Shown here piece after piece: positions 17,991 to 26,393 of a stretch of 32,000 nucleotides of DNA. Positions within the stretch are counted from its first letter, which is position 1; each line of letters starts with the position of its first letter. The translations under genes were made by a program, and so were the position numbers. Below the pieces are notes generated by a model. The model saw only the letters and a list, made by a program, of their open reading frames with translations, had not been told where the DNA came from and searched no databases. This stretch comes from Nitrospirota bacterium (GTDB taxonomy: Bacteria; Nitrospirota; Nitrospiria; Nitrospirales; Nitrospiraceae): contig JACRLR010000012.1 of NCBI GenBank assembly GCA_016219645.1, positions 45,220 through 77,219 on the forward strand. The letters are read 5' to 3'.

Positions 17991-18455
17991 CTAGGGTCTT
18001 TCACGATCGATAACAATGGCAACCCCCTCCGCTCCAGGGTTCACCGGCTGACTCACTCCCTCCAAGTCTCCACTCTGAGGCATCGCTTGGCCGGACTTCG
18101 ATAGACGAGCCACAATCACGACCGTGCCGACATCAGAAAGTTTTCTGGAAGGCATCATACTGACTGAGTCATCGAGCCGAAAGTTGAAGGGCAAATCCTT
18201 TTTCGTCGCCCGTACAATCGCGACAGGCATCGGTGGGCCATTCGTTTCACGCGCAAACACAAACAATGTGTCTGTCGCGGCTCCTTTGTTGGCCAGGCCT
18301 GGCGCGATCGTCACCTTGCCACTGATGGCAAGCGACGATCCAGCCTGTCCAGTCGGCTTCGCAGGAGCTGTCGGTTCCGTATATCCAGATCCTGTCGAGG
18401 CAAGCAACAATCCGCAGACTAGTAGACCACACCTTATCCAACGTCTGTCGACCAT
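17991..18455 (-). CDS. Secreted stand-alone paralog of the CcmI C-terminal domain
   Basis: ATG at 18455 follows AGGGAG (8-nt spacing); the track start at 18461 is a TTG. It has a signal peptide (RRWIRCGLLVCGLLLASTGSG). The mature part aligns along its length with each repeat at the CcmI C-terminus: ISGKVTIAPGLA....TDTLFVFARETNGPPMPVAIVRATKKDLPFNFRLDDS.SMMPSRKLS....VVIVARLSKSGQAMPQSGDLEG.SQPV. Confidence 0.7.
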   Translation of the reverse strand: MVDRRWIRCGLLVCGLLLASTGSGYTEPTAPAKPTGQAGSSLAISGKVTIAPGLANKGAATDTLFVFARETNGPPMPVAIVRATKKDLPFNFRLDDSVSMMPSRKLSDVGTVVIVARLSKSGQAMPQSGDLEGVSQPVNPGAEGVAIVIDRERP

Positions 18456-18525
18456 GTGCAATACTCCCTGTTTGTGAAAAGACTCTTCGTTATCTACGAA
18501 TTTATCGCGGAGGACACAGCGCGCA

Positions 18526-18555
18526 TATATCTCAGCATGGGTTAGGCGATGTCAA
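18526..18555 (-). promoter_or_regulatory. Promoter-like element upstream of the stand-alone CcmI-domain gene (similar to the haoA promoter region)
   Basis: On the minus strand: TTGACA (18555-18550), 18-nt spacer, GATATA (18531-18526). The surrounding ~66 nt share ordered blocks with the haoA upstream region. Confidence 0.3.
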
Positions 18556-18633
18556 GGGAGGAGTGGACTGCTCTCCGAACCTCCGTGAGGGGTTAGGAAC
18601 TCAACAGGCCAGAGACTTGTCGACTTTCGAGTG

Positions 18634-20313
18634 CTAGGGCCGTTCATGATCGATCACGACTGTGATCCCGTCCCCCCCGGCTTGAATCGGCTGACTAGTC
18701 CCCTCCAGATCTCCGCTCTGCGGCATGGCCTGGCCTGATTTCGATAGACGAGCCACGATCACCACCGGTCCTGTACTCGACAATTTTCTGGACGGCATCG
18801 GACTGGTTGAGTCATCGAGTTGAAACGTAAAGGGTAAATCTCGCTTCGTTGCCCGCACGATTGCCACCGGCATCGGAGGCCCATTCATCTCGCGGGCAAA
18901 GACAAACAGCGTGTCGGCGGCGGATCCCTTGCCGGCTAAACTGGGTGCGAGAGTCACCGTGCCTCTGATCGCACGTGGTTGTCCGGCCTGCCCCATTGGT
19001 TGAGCCGGCGCTGCTGGTTCCGTACCCATCCGCTCACGGTCGATCAGGACCGTGATCCCGTCTCCCCCGGCTTGAATCGGCTGACTGGTCCCCTCCAGAT
19101 CTCCGCTCTGCGGCATGGCCTGGCCTGATTTCGATAGACGAGCCACAATCACCACCGGTCCAGCGCCGGACAGTTTTCTCGACGGCATCGGGCTGGTCGA
19201 GTCATCAAGCTGGAACGTGAAGGGCAAATCCTTCTTGCTCGCCCGCACGATTGCCACCGGCATCGGGGGCCCGTTCACTTCGCGAGCAAAGACAAACAGC
19301 GTGTCCGTCTCCGAGACCTTGCCGGCCAGACCGGGCGCCAGGGTCACCGTGCCTCTGATCGCCCGTGATTGTCCCGCCTGCCTCACTGATTGAGCCGGCG
19401 CTGCTGGTTCCCTGTCCATTCGTGCCATCTCTCGGCCACCGCCAAGTCGGCTTTTGGCCTCGTCGATCGCAACGACTAATTGCTGTGTCATTTCCGGATC
19501 GATGTCCTCAGGAAGATTCGCGCGAGCGAGTTCCCAATCCTTCACCGCCTGGGCAAAATTATCTCGATTGAATGCCACGGTCCCTGCCAACATCAGCGCC
19601 TTGACATTGCGTGGATCGATCTTCAGCGCCCGTTGGATCAACGCTTCAGGCCTCCCCTCCAATTTACGACCATGGAGCACCCCCATGGCATCGGCATAAT
19701 CGGCGAGTAACTGGGCATCGTCAGGGATCAGGTTGGTGGCTTGCTCATAGGCCAATGCTGCTTCTGCGTAGCGACCGACCCCCATATACGAACGCCCGAG
19801 CAATGCCCATCCAGCGCCATCACCGGGGTTCTGCTCCATCTTTTGTTTGAGCCGCTCGATCAGTGGGTCGAGTCCGGCAGCGAAGGGATCCCCCTCTTGT
19901 GATCCTCCCTGTGCAGACAACGAAGGGGCAGGTGACTCTGTTATCGCGAGTGGATTTCCAAGTTGCCAGTAGAGCAACCCGCAGGCCGTCGGGATGATGA
20001 TGGCAAGCGCGAACGCCACCGGCTTGCCATGCATCTGCTGCCGGGGCTTTTTGGTGGTCGTCTCCGTGGTACCGGTCTCTTCAAGCAGCCGGCGTTCGAG
20101 CTCCTGTCGCGCTTGCTGATAGAGTTCATCGGTGAGGACAGAATTTGCCCGATCCTGTTCCAGCTCCGCAAACTGTTGCCGGAAGATCGACAGGGTCTTC
20201 TCTTCTTCTCTCGCTGGTGCAACAGCCGCTGTGCGCTTCATCAGGGGCCACAACAGGAGACCCAGGACGAGCAGAGTCATCGTCGATGCAATGAGCCAGA
20301 ACATGATGGTCAA
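18634..20313 (-). CDS. ccmI: Cytochrome c maturation protein CcmI (CycH) with a duplicated C-terminal domain
   Basis: Two N-terminal TM helices flank a charged cytoplasmic loop (..EEEKTLSIFRQQFAELEQDR..), followed by TPR-like repeats (WALLGRSYMGVGRYAEAALAYEQA..) and two tandem 130-aa copies of the C-terminal domain. The track start is the TTG at 20313 overlapping the ccmH stop; the ATG at 20304 (MFWLIAS..) is an alternative. Confidence 0.85.
   Translation of the reverse strand: MTIMFWLIASTMTLLVLGLLLWPLMKRTAAVAPAREEEKTLSIFRQQFAELEQDRANSVLTDELYQQARQELERRLLEETGTTETTTKKPRQQMHGKPVAFALAIIIPTACGLLYWQLGNPLAITESPAPSLSAQGGSQEGDPFAAGLDPLIERLKQKMEQNPGDGAGWALLGRSYMGVGRYAEAALAYEQATNLIPDDAQLLADYADAMGVLHGRKLEGRPEALIQRALKIDPRNVKALMLAGTVAFNRDNFAQAVKDWELARANLPEDIDPEMTQQLVVAIDEAKSRLGGGREMARMDREPAAPAQSVRQAGQSRAIRGTVTLAPGLAGKVSETDTLFVFAREVNGPPMPVAIVRASKKDLPFTFQLDDSTSPMPSRKLSGAGPVVIVARLSKSGQAMPQSGDLEGTSQPIQAGGDGITVLIDRERMGTEPAAPAQPMGQAGQPRAIRGTVTLAPSLAGKGSAADTLFVFAREMNGPPMPVAIVRATKRDLPFTFQLDDSTSPMPSRKLSSTGPVVIVARLSKSGQAMPQSGDLEGTSQPIQAGGDGITVVIDHERP
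18637..19419 (-). repeat. In-frame tandem duplication (period 390 bp, 2 copies) inside ccmI
   Basis: Copy 1 spans 19030-19419 and copy 2 spans 18637-19029. They share long identical runs, for example the 59-nt GTCCCCTCCAGATCTCCGCTCTGCGGCATGGCCTGGCCTGATTTCGATAGACGAGCCAC present in both. The GTGATCCCG anchor occurs at 18662 and 19052. Confidence 0.9.
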
Positions 20314-20777
20314 GGGCGATTCGCTCCCTCGGAGAGCAGTTGTGCGACACGGTTGTGCTCTGCTTCCGTCAGTGCCACGGCGGCAAGCTTCTTTTGTCTC
20401 TTGCGGAGCGCAAGAACCAAGGCCGTCGCGCCTCCAATCAGCAGGAGGAACGGTCCTACCCAGAGCAATGTGGTCGTGGTCTTGAGAGGAGGACGATAGA
20501 GGACAAAATCTCCGTAGCGGCTGACGAGAAAGTCGATGATCTCCTTGTCGCTCATATTTTTGACAATCATCTCGCGAACTTCCCGGCGCAAGTCTTCGGC
20601 TAACGGCGCATTCGAATCAGCCAGCGTCTGATTCTGGCAGACTAGACAACGCAGCTCTACGGCGAGGGTTTTTAGACGCGCCTCAACCTGCGGGTTCTCA
20701 GCGAGCGGGCTTGCTTCGTAGGCCGCCGCAGCGAGACCGGGGATGAGAAGGATGACCACTAAGTAGAACCACCTCAT
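20310..20777 (-). CDS. ccmH: Cytochrome c maturation thiol-reductase CcmH (CcmL)
   Basis: Signal peptide, the LRCLVCQNQTLADSNAPLA motif (LRCxxCQ), and a C-terminal TM helix. ATGA overlap with ccmG. Confidence 0.9.
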   Translation of the reverse strand: MRWFYLVVILLIPGLAAAAYEASPLAENPQVEARLKTLAVELRCLVCQNQTLADSNAPLAEDLRREVREMIVKNMSDKEIIDFLVSRYGDFVLYRPPLKTTTTLLWVGPFLLLIGGATALVLALRKRQKKLAAVALTEAEHNRVAQLLSEGANRP

Positions 20778-21301
20778 TGGTTCTGCAGCTCCCTGACCAA
20801 TGGCAAGATTTTCGTTTGCAAGACATCCTCGCGCAGCGGACCGATCTGTTTGTAGCGGATGACACCCGCCTTGTCGATCACATAGGTCTCCGGCACACCA
20901 TAGACGCCATAATCAATGCCGACGCGCCCCGATTCGTCCACGGCAACAAGCGGATAGGGATTGCCCCACTCTTTCAACCAGGCCAGCGCTTCTTCTCTAC
21001 GGTCCTTATAGTCCATACCATAGATGGGCACCTCCCCGGATTTCGCGAGATGGATGAGGACAGGGTGCTCCTCCTTGCAGCCACCGCACCAGGAAGCCCA
21101 GAAGTTAAGCAGCCAAACCTGGCCTCTCAGATCAGTCGATGAAAGCACCTTGTCCTTTTCGTGGAGCTGCGGAAGCGAGAAATTCGGCGCCGGCTTCCCC
21201 ACTAAGGGAGACGGCAATTCACGCGGGTTGAGCGTCAGGCCGACACCAAGAAACGCGAGCACGACCACAAAGATGCCGAGCGGGATAAGAAACCGACTCA
21301 T
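20774..21301 (-). CDS. ccmG: Thiol:disulfide oxidoreductase CcmG/DsbE
   Basis: N-terminal TM anchor, thioredoxin motif NFWASWCGGCKEEHP, and GVYGVPETYVIDKAGVIRYK. The start at 21301 forms an ATGA overlap with the ccmF stop; the longest ORF extends to 21361. Confidence 0.9.
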   Translation of the reverse strand: MSRFLIPLGIFVVVLAFLGVGLTLNPRELPSPLVGKPAPNFSLPQLHEKDKVLSSTDLRGQVWLLNFWASWCGGCKEEHPVLIHLAKSGEVPIYGMDYKDRREEALAWLKEWGNPYPLVAVDESGRVGIDYGVYGVPETYVIDKAGVIRYKQIGPLREDVLQTKILPLVRELQNQ

Positions 21302-23289
21302 GAGACTGTCTGCCGAGCCATCTGTGTCCCTGCCGGCACCTCGACCTCTTTGCGGCGCCACGCGAGTCGGTACCGGCGATCACTGATGGCTAACACGCCC
21401 CCCACTGCCATAACCAGACATCCGCCCCAGATCCAATCGATAAAGGGCTTGTGATAGAGCCGGACACTCCAGGCTCCGCCTTCGAGTGGCTCACCCAACG
21501 ACACATAGAGGTCGCGCAGAAACCCGGGAGAGATCGCGGCTTCGGTCATGGTCTGATTCTGAACGGTGTAGCGGCGCTTTTCAGGATACATCACCGTCAC
21601 GTCACGTCCATCCTGACTCACGTGAATCGATCCACGCGCCGCGATATAGTTTGGTCCCCTGTACTGCTCGGTTCCATCAAACCGGAACGTATAGCCGCCG
21701 AGCGTTGCCGTCTCTCCTACGTTCATCCGTACATCCTGCTCAACTTCGAACCCCTTCACCATGGTCACACCGGTGATGAACAGGGCAAGTCCGAAGTGGG
21801 CTATGACCATTCCCCAGTAGGCCCGAGGGAGCATGGCCAGTTTCCCCATGAAGCTGCTTCCATCCGTACGAGTAAGCCTTTCACGCAAGTCAACCGCAAT
21901 CGTTGTCGCAATCCAGAGCGCCAGTAATAGACCAAGGCTCACGAGCGGCGACCAGTGACCCATGAGAATCGGCACCAGCAGGGCGGTTGCGACACTCACC
22001 CCGAAGGCCCAACGCAGCCGCACCGCTAATTCCGGCAGGCTGGCTTTCTTCCATTGCGCCAGAGGACCGATCCCCATGAGGAAGATGGCAGGCGTCATCA
22101 ATGGGACAAAGACTGTATCAAAATAGGGTGGACCGACTGAAATCTTACCAAGGTCCAGCGCGTCCAGGAACAAAGGATAGAGCGTGCCCAAGAGCACTGC
22201 CCCCAAGGCCGCAACCAGTAATACGTTGTTCGCCAGTAACATCCCCTCGCGTGAAACAATTGAGAAGCTGCCGCCCAGCCCCACGCGCGGCGCACGCCAT
22301 GCGTACAACATCAGGGAGCCTCCGATGACCACGGCCAGGAACACCAGAATAAACAGACCACGCTTTGGATCAGTGGCAAACGCGTGGACCGAGGTCAAGA
22401 CACCGGAACGGACCAAGAAGGTCCCCAGGAGACTGAGTGAAAACGCCAGAATGGCGAGCAGCACACTCCAGGCTTTGAAGCTGCCTCGTTTATCCGTGAC
22501 CGCCAGGGAATGGATCAATGCTGTTCCAGCCAACCAAGGCATGAACGAGGCATTCTCGACCGGATCCCAGAACCACCATCCGCCCCAGCCCAACTCATAA
22601 TAGGCCCAGCCGCTCCCCATCGCGACACCAATGGTCAAAAAGCACCAGGCCACTGTCGTCCAGGGCCGCGACCAACGAGCCCAAGCCGCATCCAATGTTC
22701 CGCCAAACAGCGCAGCCAGCGCAAAGGCAAACGCGACGGAGAATCCTACGTACCCCATATAGAGCATCGGCGGATGTATCACCATGCCCGGGTCCTGCAA
22801 TAAGGGGTTCAGATCCCGTCCATCGAAGGCAGCTGGGATCAACCGCTCGAATGGATTGGAGACCGTCAGCATGAATAAGAGAAATCCCACGCTGACTAAT
22901 CCCATCACACCGAGAATACGGGCACGCATCGCCTCGGGTAAATGCGCCGAGAAGAATGAGACGGCGACCATCCAGATGGTGAGAATGAATACCCACAGTA
23001 GCAAGGATCCCTCGTGCGCGCCCCAGATGGCAGCGATTCGGTAGTGCAGGGGAAGTTGAGAATTCGACGTGGCCGCGACGTAGAGTACGGAGAAATCCTT
23101 GACTGCAAAGGCATAGCCTAGACAACAAAAAGCCAGCAGGACCAGAAGAAATTGCCCCCGCGCAGCCGGCTTTGCCACGGACATGAAGGAAGAGTTCCCG
23201 ACTGCAGCGCCGTAAATGGGAATGGTTCCCTGTACGACCGCCACGCAGAGCGCAAGTATCAAGGCATAATGACCGATCTCTGGGATCAT
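21298..23289 (-). CDS. ccmF: Cytochrome c heme lyase subunit CcmF
   Basis: 663-aa polytopic membrane protein with the WWD-type motif WGGWWFWDPVENASFMPWL and conserved His residues. Confidence 0.95.
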   Translation of the reverse strand: MIPEIGHYALILALCVAVVQGTIPIYGAAVGNSSFMSVAKPAARGQFLLVLLAFCCLGYAFAVKDFSVLYVAATSNSQLPLHYRIAAIWGAHEGSLLLWVFILTIWMVAVSFFSAHLPEAMRARILGVMGLVSVGFLLFMLTVSNPFERLIPAAFDGRDLNPLLQDPGMVIHPPMLYMGYVGFSVAFAFALAALFGGTLDAAWARWSRPWTTVAWCFLTIGVAMGSGWAYYELGWGGWWFWDPVENASFMPWLAGTALIHSLAVTDKRGSFKAWSVLLAILAFSLSLLGTFLVRSGVLTSVHAFATDPKRGLFILVFLAVVIGGSLMLYAWRAPRVGLGGSFSIVSREGMLLANNVLLVAALGAVLLGTLYPLFLDALDLGKISVGPPYFDTVFVPLMTPAIFLMGIGPLAQWKKASLPELAVRLRWAFGVSVATALLVPILMGHWSPLVSLGLLLALWIATTIAVDLRERLTRTDGSSFMGKLAMLPRAYWGMVIAHFGLALFITGVTMVKGFEVEQDVRMNVGETATLGGYTFRFDGTEQYRGPNYIAARGSIHVSQDGRDVTVMYPEKRRYTVQNQTMTEAAISPGFLRDLYVSLGEPLEGGAWSVRLYHKPFIDWIWGGCLVMAVGGVLAISDRRYRLAWRRKEVEVPAGTQMARQTVS

Positions 23290-23297
23290 GGTGACTC

Positions 23298-23768
23298 CTA
23301 GCGTGGATTGACGACGAGCGTGCTGCTGGTTTGCGCCCCGGCGGCCGCCTTGGCTTTGGCCAGCGCTTCAGCCGCTTCCGGCGGCATATAGTTTTCATCG
23401 TGCTTCGCCAGCACTTCACTCGCAAGGAAAGTCCCATCGGCCCCGAGTTGCCCCTGGGCCACCGCGCCCTTCCCCTCCTTGAACAGGTCGGGAAGGATGC
23501 CCTTGAACGTCACGGGTACGCGTTTCGCCGTATCGGTCATGACGAAATGGACGGTTAATCCATCGCCCTCCCGTGTGAGGCTGCCGTCTTCGACCATCCC
23601 GCCGATACGAAAGCCTTGGCCCTTCGGCGCCTCACCATTCGCCACCGCCGTTGGTGTATAAAAGAAGACGAGATTTTTCTGAAACGCGTTCAGAATCAAC
23701 ATCGACGCCCCTGCCAACGCGAGCAAGCCGAGGCCGATAAAGATAAACCGCTTGTGCCGAGGTTTCAT
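23298..23768 (-). CDS. ccmE: Heme chaperone CcmE
   Basis: N-terminal anchor, [12 protein letters not shown], and the heme-binding C-terminal motif [13 protein letters not shown]. Confidence 0.95.
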   Translation of the reverse strand: MKPRHKRFIFIGLGLLALAGASMLILNAFQKNLVFFYTPTAVANGEAPKGQGFRIGGMVEDGSLTREGDGLTVHFVMTDTAKRVPVTFKGILPDLFKEGKGAVAQGQLGADGTFLASEVLAKHDENYMPPEAAEALAKAKAAAGAQTSSTLVVNPR

Positions 23769-23775
23769 CGTATCC

Positions 23776-23943
23776 CTATCCTCCTAGAGACCCATCACGG
23801 GTTTCTGCAACCGCGGCAGCATGTCGACGCCAGACAGCGAGGACTTCCCCGCACATGCATAGGGCTGTCACACCGAACGAGACCCACACATAGAGGCCGT
23901 ACCCCCCCATGGCGAAAAATTCACTCACGCTTCCCCACTGCAT
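23776..23943 (-). CDS. ccmD: Heme exporter protein CcmD
   Basis: Small single-TM protein ([41 protein letters not shown]). The start overlaps the ccmC stop (TGATG). The longest ORF extends to 23988 inside ccmC. Confidence 0.7.
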   Translation of the reverse strand: MQWGSVSEFFAMGGYGLYVWVSFGVTALCMCGEVLAVWRRHAAAVAETRDGSLGG

Positions 23944-24695
23944 CAGCGTGCCTCCGCCACTTCTTGAATCGAGGTCTGGTTGCCCCACATCGGTTGCCGC
24001 TCACGATCGAGAATCACGCAACGCACACGAGCCAATGTGACGGCAAAACTGTACATCCAGAAACCCACTGTCATGATTAACATAGCCGTCAGCATCGTCG
24101 TTGCCATTTTTGGCGACGCGGTCATGCTGACTGACGCCCCTTGGTGCAAGGTATTCCACCAGCGTACGGAAAAATAGATGATCGGGACATTGACCACTCC
24201 GACCAACGCCAACACCGCACTTGCCCGGTCGGCTCGACGCAGGTCATCGATCGCCGCCCGTAGCAGGATGATACCGATGTATTGGAACAACAGAATCAAT
24301 TCGGACGTCAGCCGGGCATCCCACACCCACCAGGCGCCCCAGGTCGGTTTGCCCCACATCGCCCCGGTCAGCAGCGCAATGAATGTAAACATCGCTCCGG
24401 TCGGCGCAATGGCCTGGGCCATCATGAAGGAAGGACGCGCGTTCAGTCCCAACCCAACGCCGGCCCATGCGGCCATGATGACATACAGGAACATGGACAT
24501 CCAGGCAGCTGGCACATGGACGAAAATAATCCGGTAAGAATCGCCTTGCTGAAAATCAGTCGGTGCGACAAAGAACCCGATATACAGGCCGATGATGATC
24601 AACAAGCCCGCAGCAACGGAAAACCACGGAATCATTTTCCCTGCCAGGGGGTGAAAGGCCTGCGGTGACGAATACTTAAACCAGTTAATACCCAT
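23943..24695 (-). CDS. ccmC: Heme exporter/heme-handling protein CcmC
   Basis: Polytopic membrane protein with the WWD domain WGKPTWGAWWVWDARLTSE and flanking conserved His residues. Confidence 0.95.
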   Translation of the reverse strand: MGINWFKYSSPQAFHPLAGKMIPWFSVAAGLLIIIGLYIGFFVAPTDFQQGDSYRIIFVHVPAAWMSMFLYVIMAAWAGVGLGLNARPSFMMAQAIAPTGAMFTFIALLTGAMWGKPTWGAWWVWDARLTSELILLFQYIGIILLRAAIDDLRRADRASAVLALVGVVNVPIIYFSVRWWNTLHQGASVSMTASPKMATTMLTAMLIMTVGFWMYSFAVTLARVRCVILDRERQPMWGNQTSIQEVAEAR

Positions 24696-24837
24696 AATGA
24701 TCTAGCTCAAGTTCAGGATGTCTAGCCTATGGACAGCCGACACGTCAAACCGTGTCAGCCTCCTTCTTATCGCCATACGACGAAACTGTCCGCAACGACC
24801 CATTAGGGGGGGAATGTGGGCACTCAAATAGAATCTG

Positions 24838-25521
24838 TTATTCCAACGCAATTCGTAATGCAACAGCCGTGGCCCATGGCGCAAAAGCAAATGACAGCAA
24901 AAAACAGGCTCCGAGTAAGGACAGGTTCGCTTCGCTGCCGATTCCAGACACACTACTTGTAACGGCGCCGGCCCCAAATATCAACACCGGGATAAAGAGG
25001 GGGAGCACCAGAAGAGCAACCAGTAAGCCGCTTCCGCGTAATCCAAGTGTCAGCGCAGCACCGATAGCACCAATCATACTTAACGTTGGCGTACCAAGCA
25101 AGAGCGATAACGTCAGTACCCCCAGCGTCACCCCATCCAGGCCAAACTGCAAGCCGAGAAGCGGCGAGAGCAGGACTACCGGCAGGCCAGAGACCACCCA
25201 ATGGGCGAAAACCTTTCCAATAACCAGAACAGCCAGCGACTGAGGTATCAGCGCCGTCTGTTCCAAGACACCATCGAGATAATCAGCCGTAAAGAGGCGC
25301 CCCAGTGACAACAGGCAAGCCAGCAGAGCCGTAACCCAGAGCACGCCGGGGCCGATCATCCTGAGAACCGCTGCCTCAGGCCCAACCCCCAATGGGAAAA
25401 GACTCGCGACGATGACCACGAAAAACACTGACATCGCCACATCCGAACGGTGCCGCATGGCCAGCAAGAGATCCCGCCGGACCACTCCACCCAACGCCTC
25501 ACTCATGCTGGGCTGACTCAT
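24838..25521 (-). CDS. ccmB: Heme exporter permease CcmB
   Basis: 227-aa six-helix membrane protein with an ATGA overlap with ccmA and a position between ccmA and ccmC. Confidence 0.9.
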   Translation of the reverse strand: MSQPSMSEALGGVVRRDLLLAMRHRSDVAMSVFFVVIVASLFPLGVGPEAAVLRMIGPGVLWVTALLACLLSLGRLFTADYLDGVLEQTALIPQSLAVLVIGKVFAHWVVSGLPVVLLSPLLGLQFGLDGVTLGVLTLSLLLGTPTLSMIGAIGAALTLGLRGSGLLVALLVLPLFIPVLIFGAGAVTSSVSGIGSEANLSLLGACFLLSFAFAPWATAVALRIALE

Positions 25522-26138
25522 CGACTCAGCCTCAGGTGCTGGACCGAATCAGTGGGAAGAGCAAGTTCCTGATGGGTAGACACGACGACCATGCCGCCGT
25601 TACTCAGATGTGACTGCAGGCGTTGGGTCAAATAGGCCGTCGCCAGAGCATCGAGAGAAGCAAAGGGCTCATCCAGGAACCATAGTGGACGTGTGGAAAG
25701 CCACAGACGCGCCAGCGCGACACGGCGCTTTTGCCCTTGTGATAGGACTCTCGTGGGAAGAGTGTGAATCGGTCGCCCGAGACCGACCGCCTCCAACGCC
25801 TTTCGTACGATTTCGCTGGAGCTGTCATCGCCTGCCAAACCAGCAGCAATCTTCATATTTTCTGCTGGAGTTAAGTCATCCTTGATCCCGTTGAGATGCC
25901 CAATATAGATGAGTTGGGCGCAATACAACTCCTTCAGTTGCCGAATGTCTTTTCCCTGCCAAAGAACCGCACCTTCATCGGGCGACAATAAGCCACACAG
26001 CATGCGGAGAAAGCTGGTCTTCCCGCTGCCATTCTCACCCGCCACAGCCAGCAATGTCCCAGGCTTGATCGTCACATTGATGTCTGAGAACAACTGTCGT
26101 TGTCCACGGCTGCCTCTCAGTGCGACGGTTTGGAGCAT
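25518..26138 (-). CDS. ccmA: Heme exporter ATP-binding protein CcmA
   Basis: Walker A GENGSGKTS, ABC signature LSQGQKRRVALARL, Walker B LWFLDEPFASLD. First gene of the ccm block. Confidence 0.9.
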   Translation of the reverse strand: MLQTVALRGSRGQRQLFSDINVTIKPGTLLAVAGENGSGKTSFLRMLCGLLSPDEGAVLWQGKDIRQLKELYCAQLIYIGHLNGIKDDLTPAENMKIAAGLAGDDSSSEIVRKALEAVGLGRPIHTLPTRVLSQGQKRRVALARLWLSTRPLWFLDEPFASLDALATAYLTQRLQSHLSNGGMVVVSTHQELALPTDSVQHLRLSR

Positions 26139-26214
26139 ATCGGGAGAAATCCCACTGAGACTAAAGAAAAAGACTTACCTACCGGCATCTTTTGAGAAGA
26201 CGGCATGATGGGCG

Positions 26215-26244
26215 ATTGTCTCCCATCTGATACCGGCAAGTCAA
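26215..26244 (-). promoter_or_regulatory. Candidate sigma70 promoter for ccmA
   Basis: On the minus strand: TTGACT (26244-26239), 18-nt spacer, GACAAT (26220-26215). About 75 nt upstream of the ccmA start. Confidence 0.3.
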
Positions 26245-26384
26245 AATTGAGCGGCACAGTTCCGCATGAACACCTCATCGCCCTCTGTCATCCTAGTCTT
26301 ATCATGTTGACAAAGGCTCTAGAGCAGGTGAGTCCGGCAGGAAGCATTTTTGTTTTTTTGTTCGCTTGCGCCGTACGGATGGGA

Positions 26385-26393
26385 GGGGGGGGG
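26385..26393. repeat. G9 homopolymer tract immediately 5' of a TAGAAT -10-like hexamer in the ccmA/amoE-like divergent intergenic region
   Basis: The sequence reads ..CGGATGGGAGGGGGGGGGTAGAATC.., with G9 at 26385-26393 and TAGAAT at 26394-26399. A T-rich tract (TTTTTGTTTTTTTG) lies about 40 nt upstream. Confidence 0.9.

Noticed and set aside
18637-19419. Regularly spaced repeats that might at first glance suggest a CRISPR-like or satellite array
   Set aside because: There are only two 390-bp units. They are in-frame inside ccmI and encode a conserved protein domain. There is no short repeat-spacer structure anywhere in the window.
22595-23437. 280-aa minus-strand ORF and several 60-160-aa ORFs overlapping ccmF/ccmE (for example 21451-21927 and 22184-22600)
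   Set aside because: They are off-frame or antisense to ccmF, whose WWD motif and hydrophobic profile define the true frame. No independent RBS or motifs were found.
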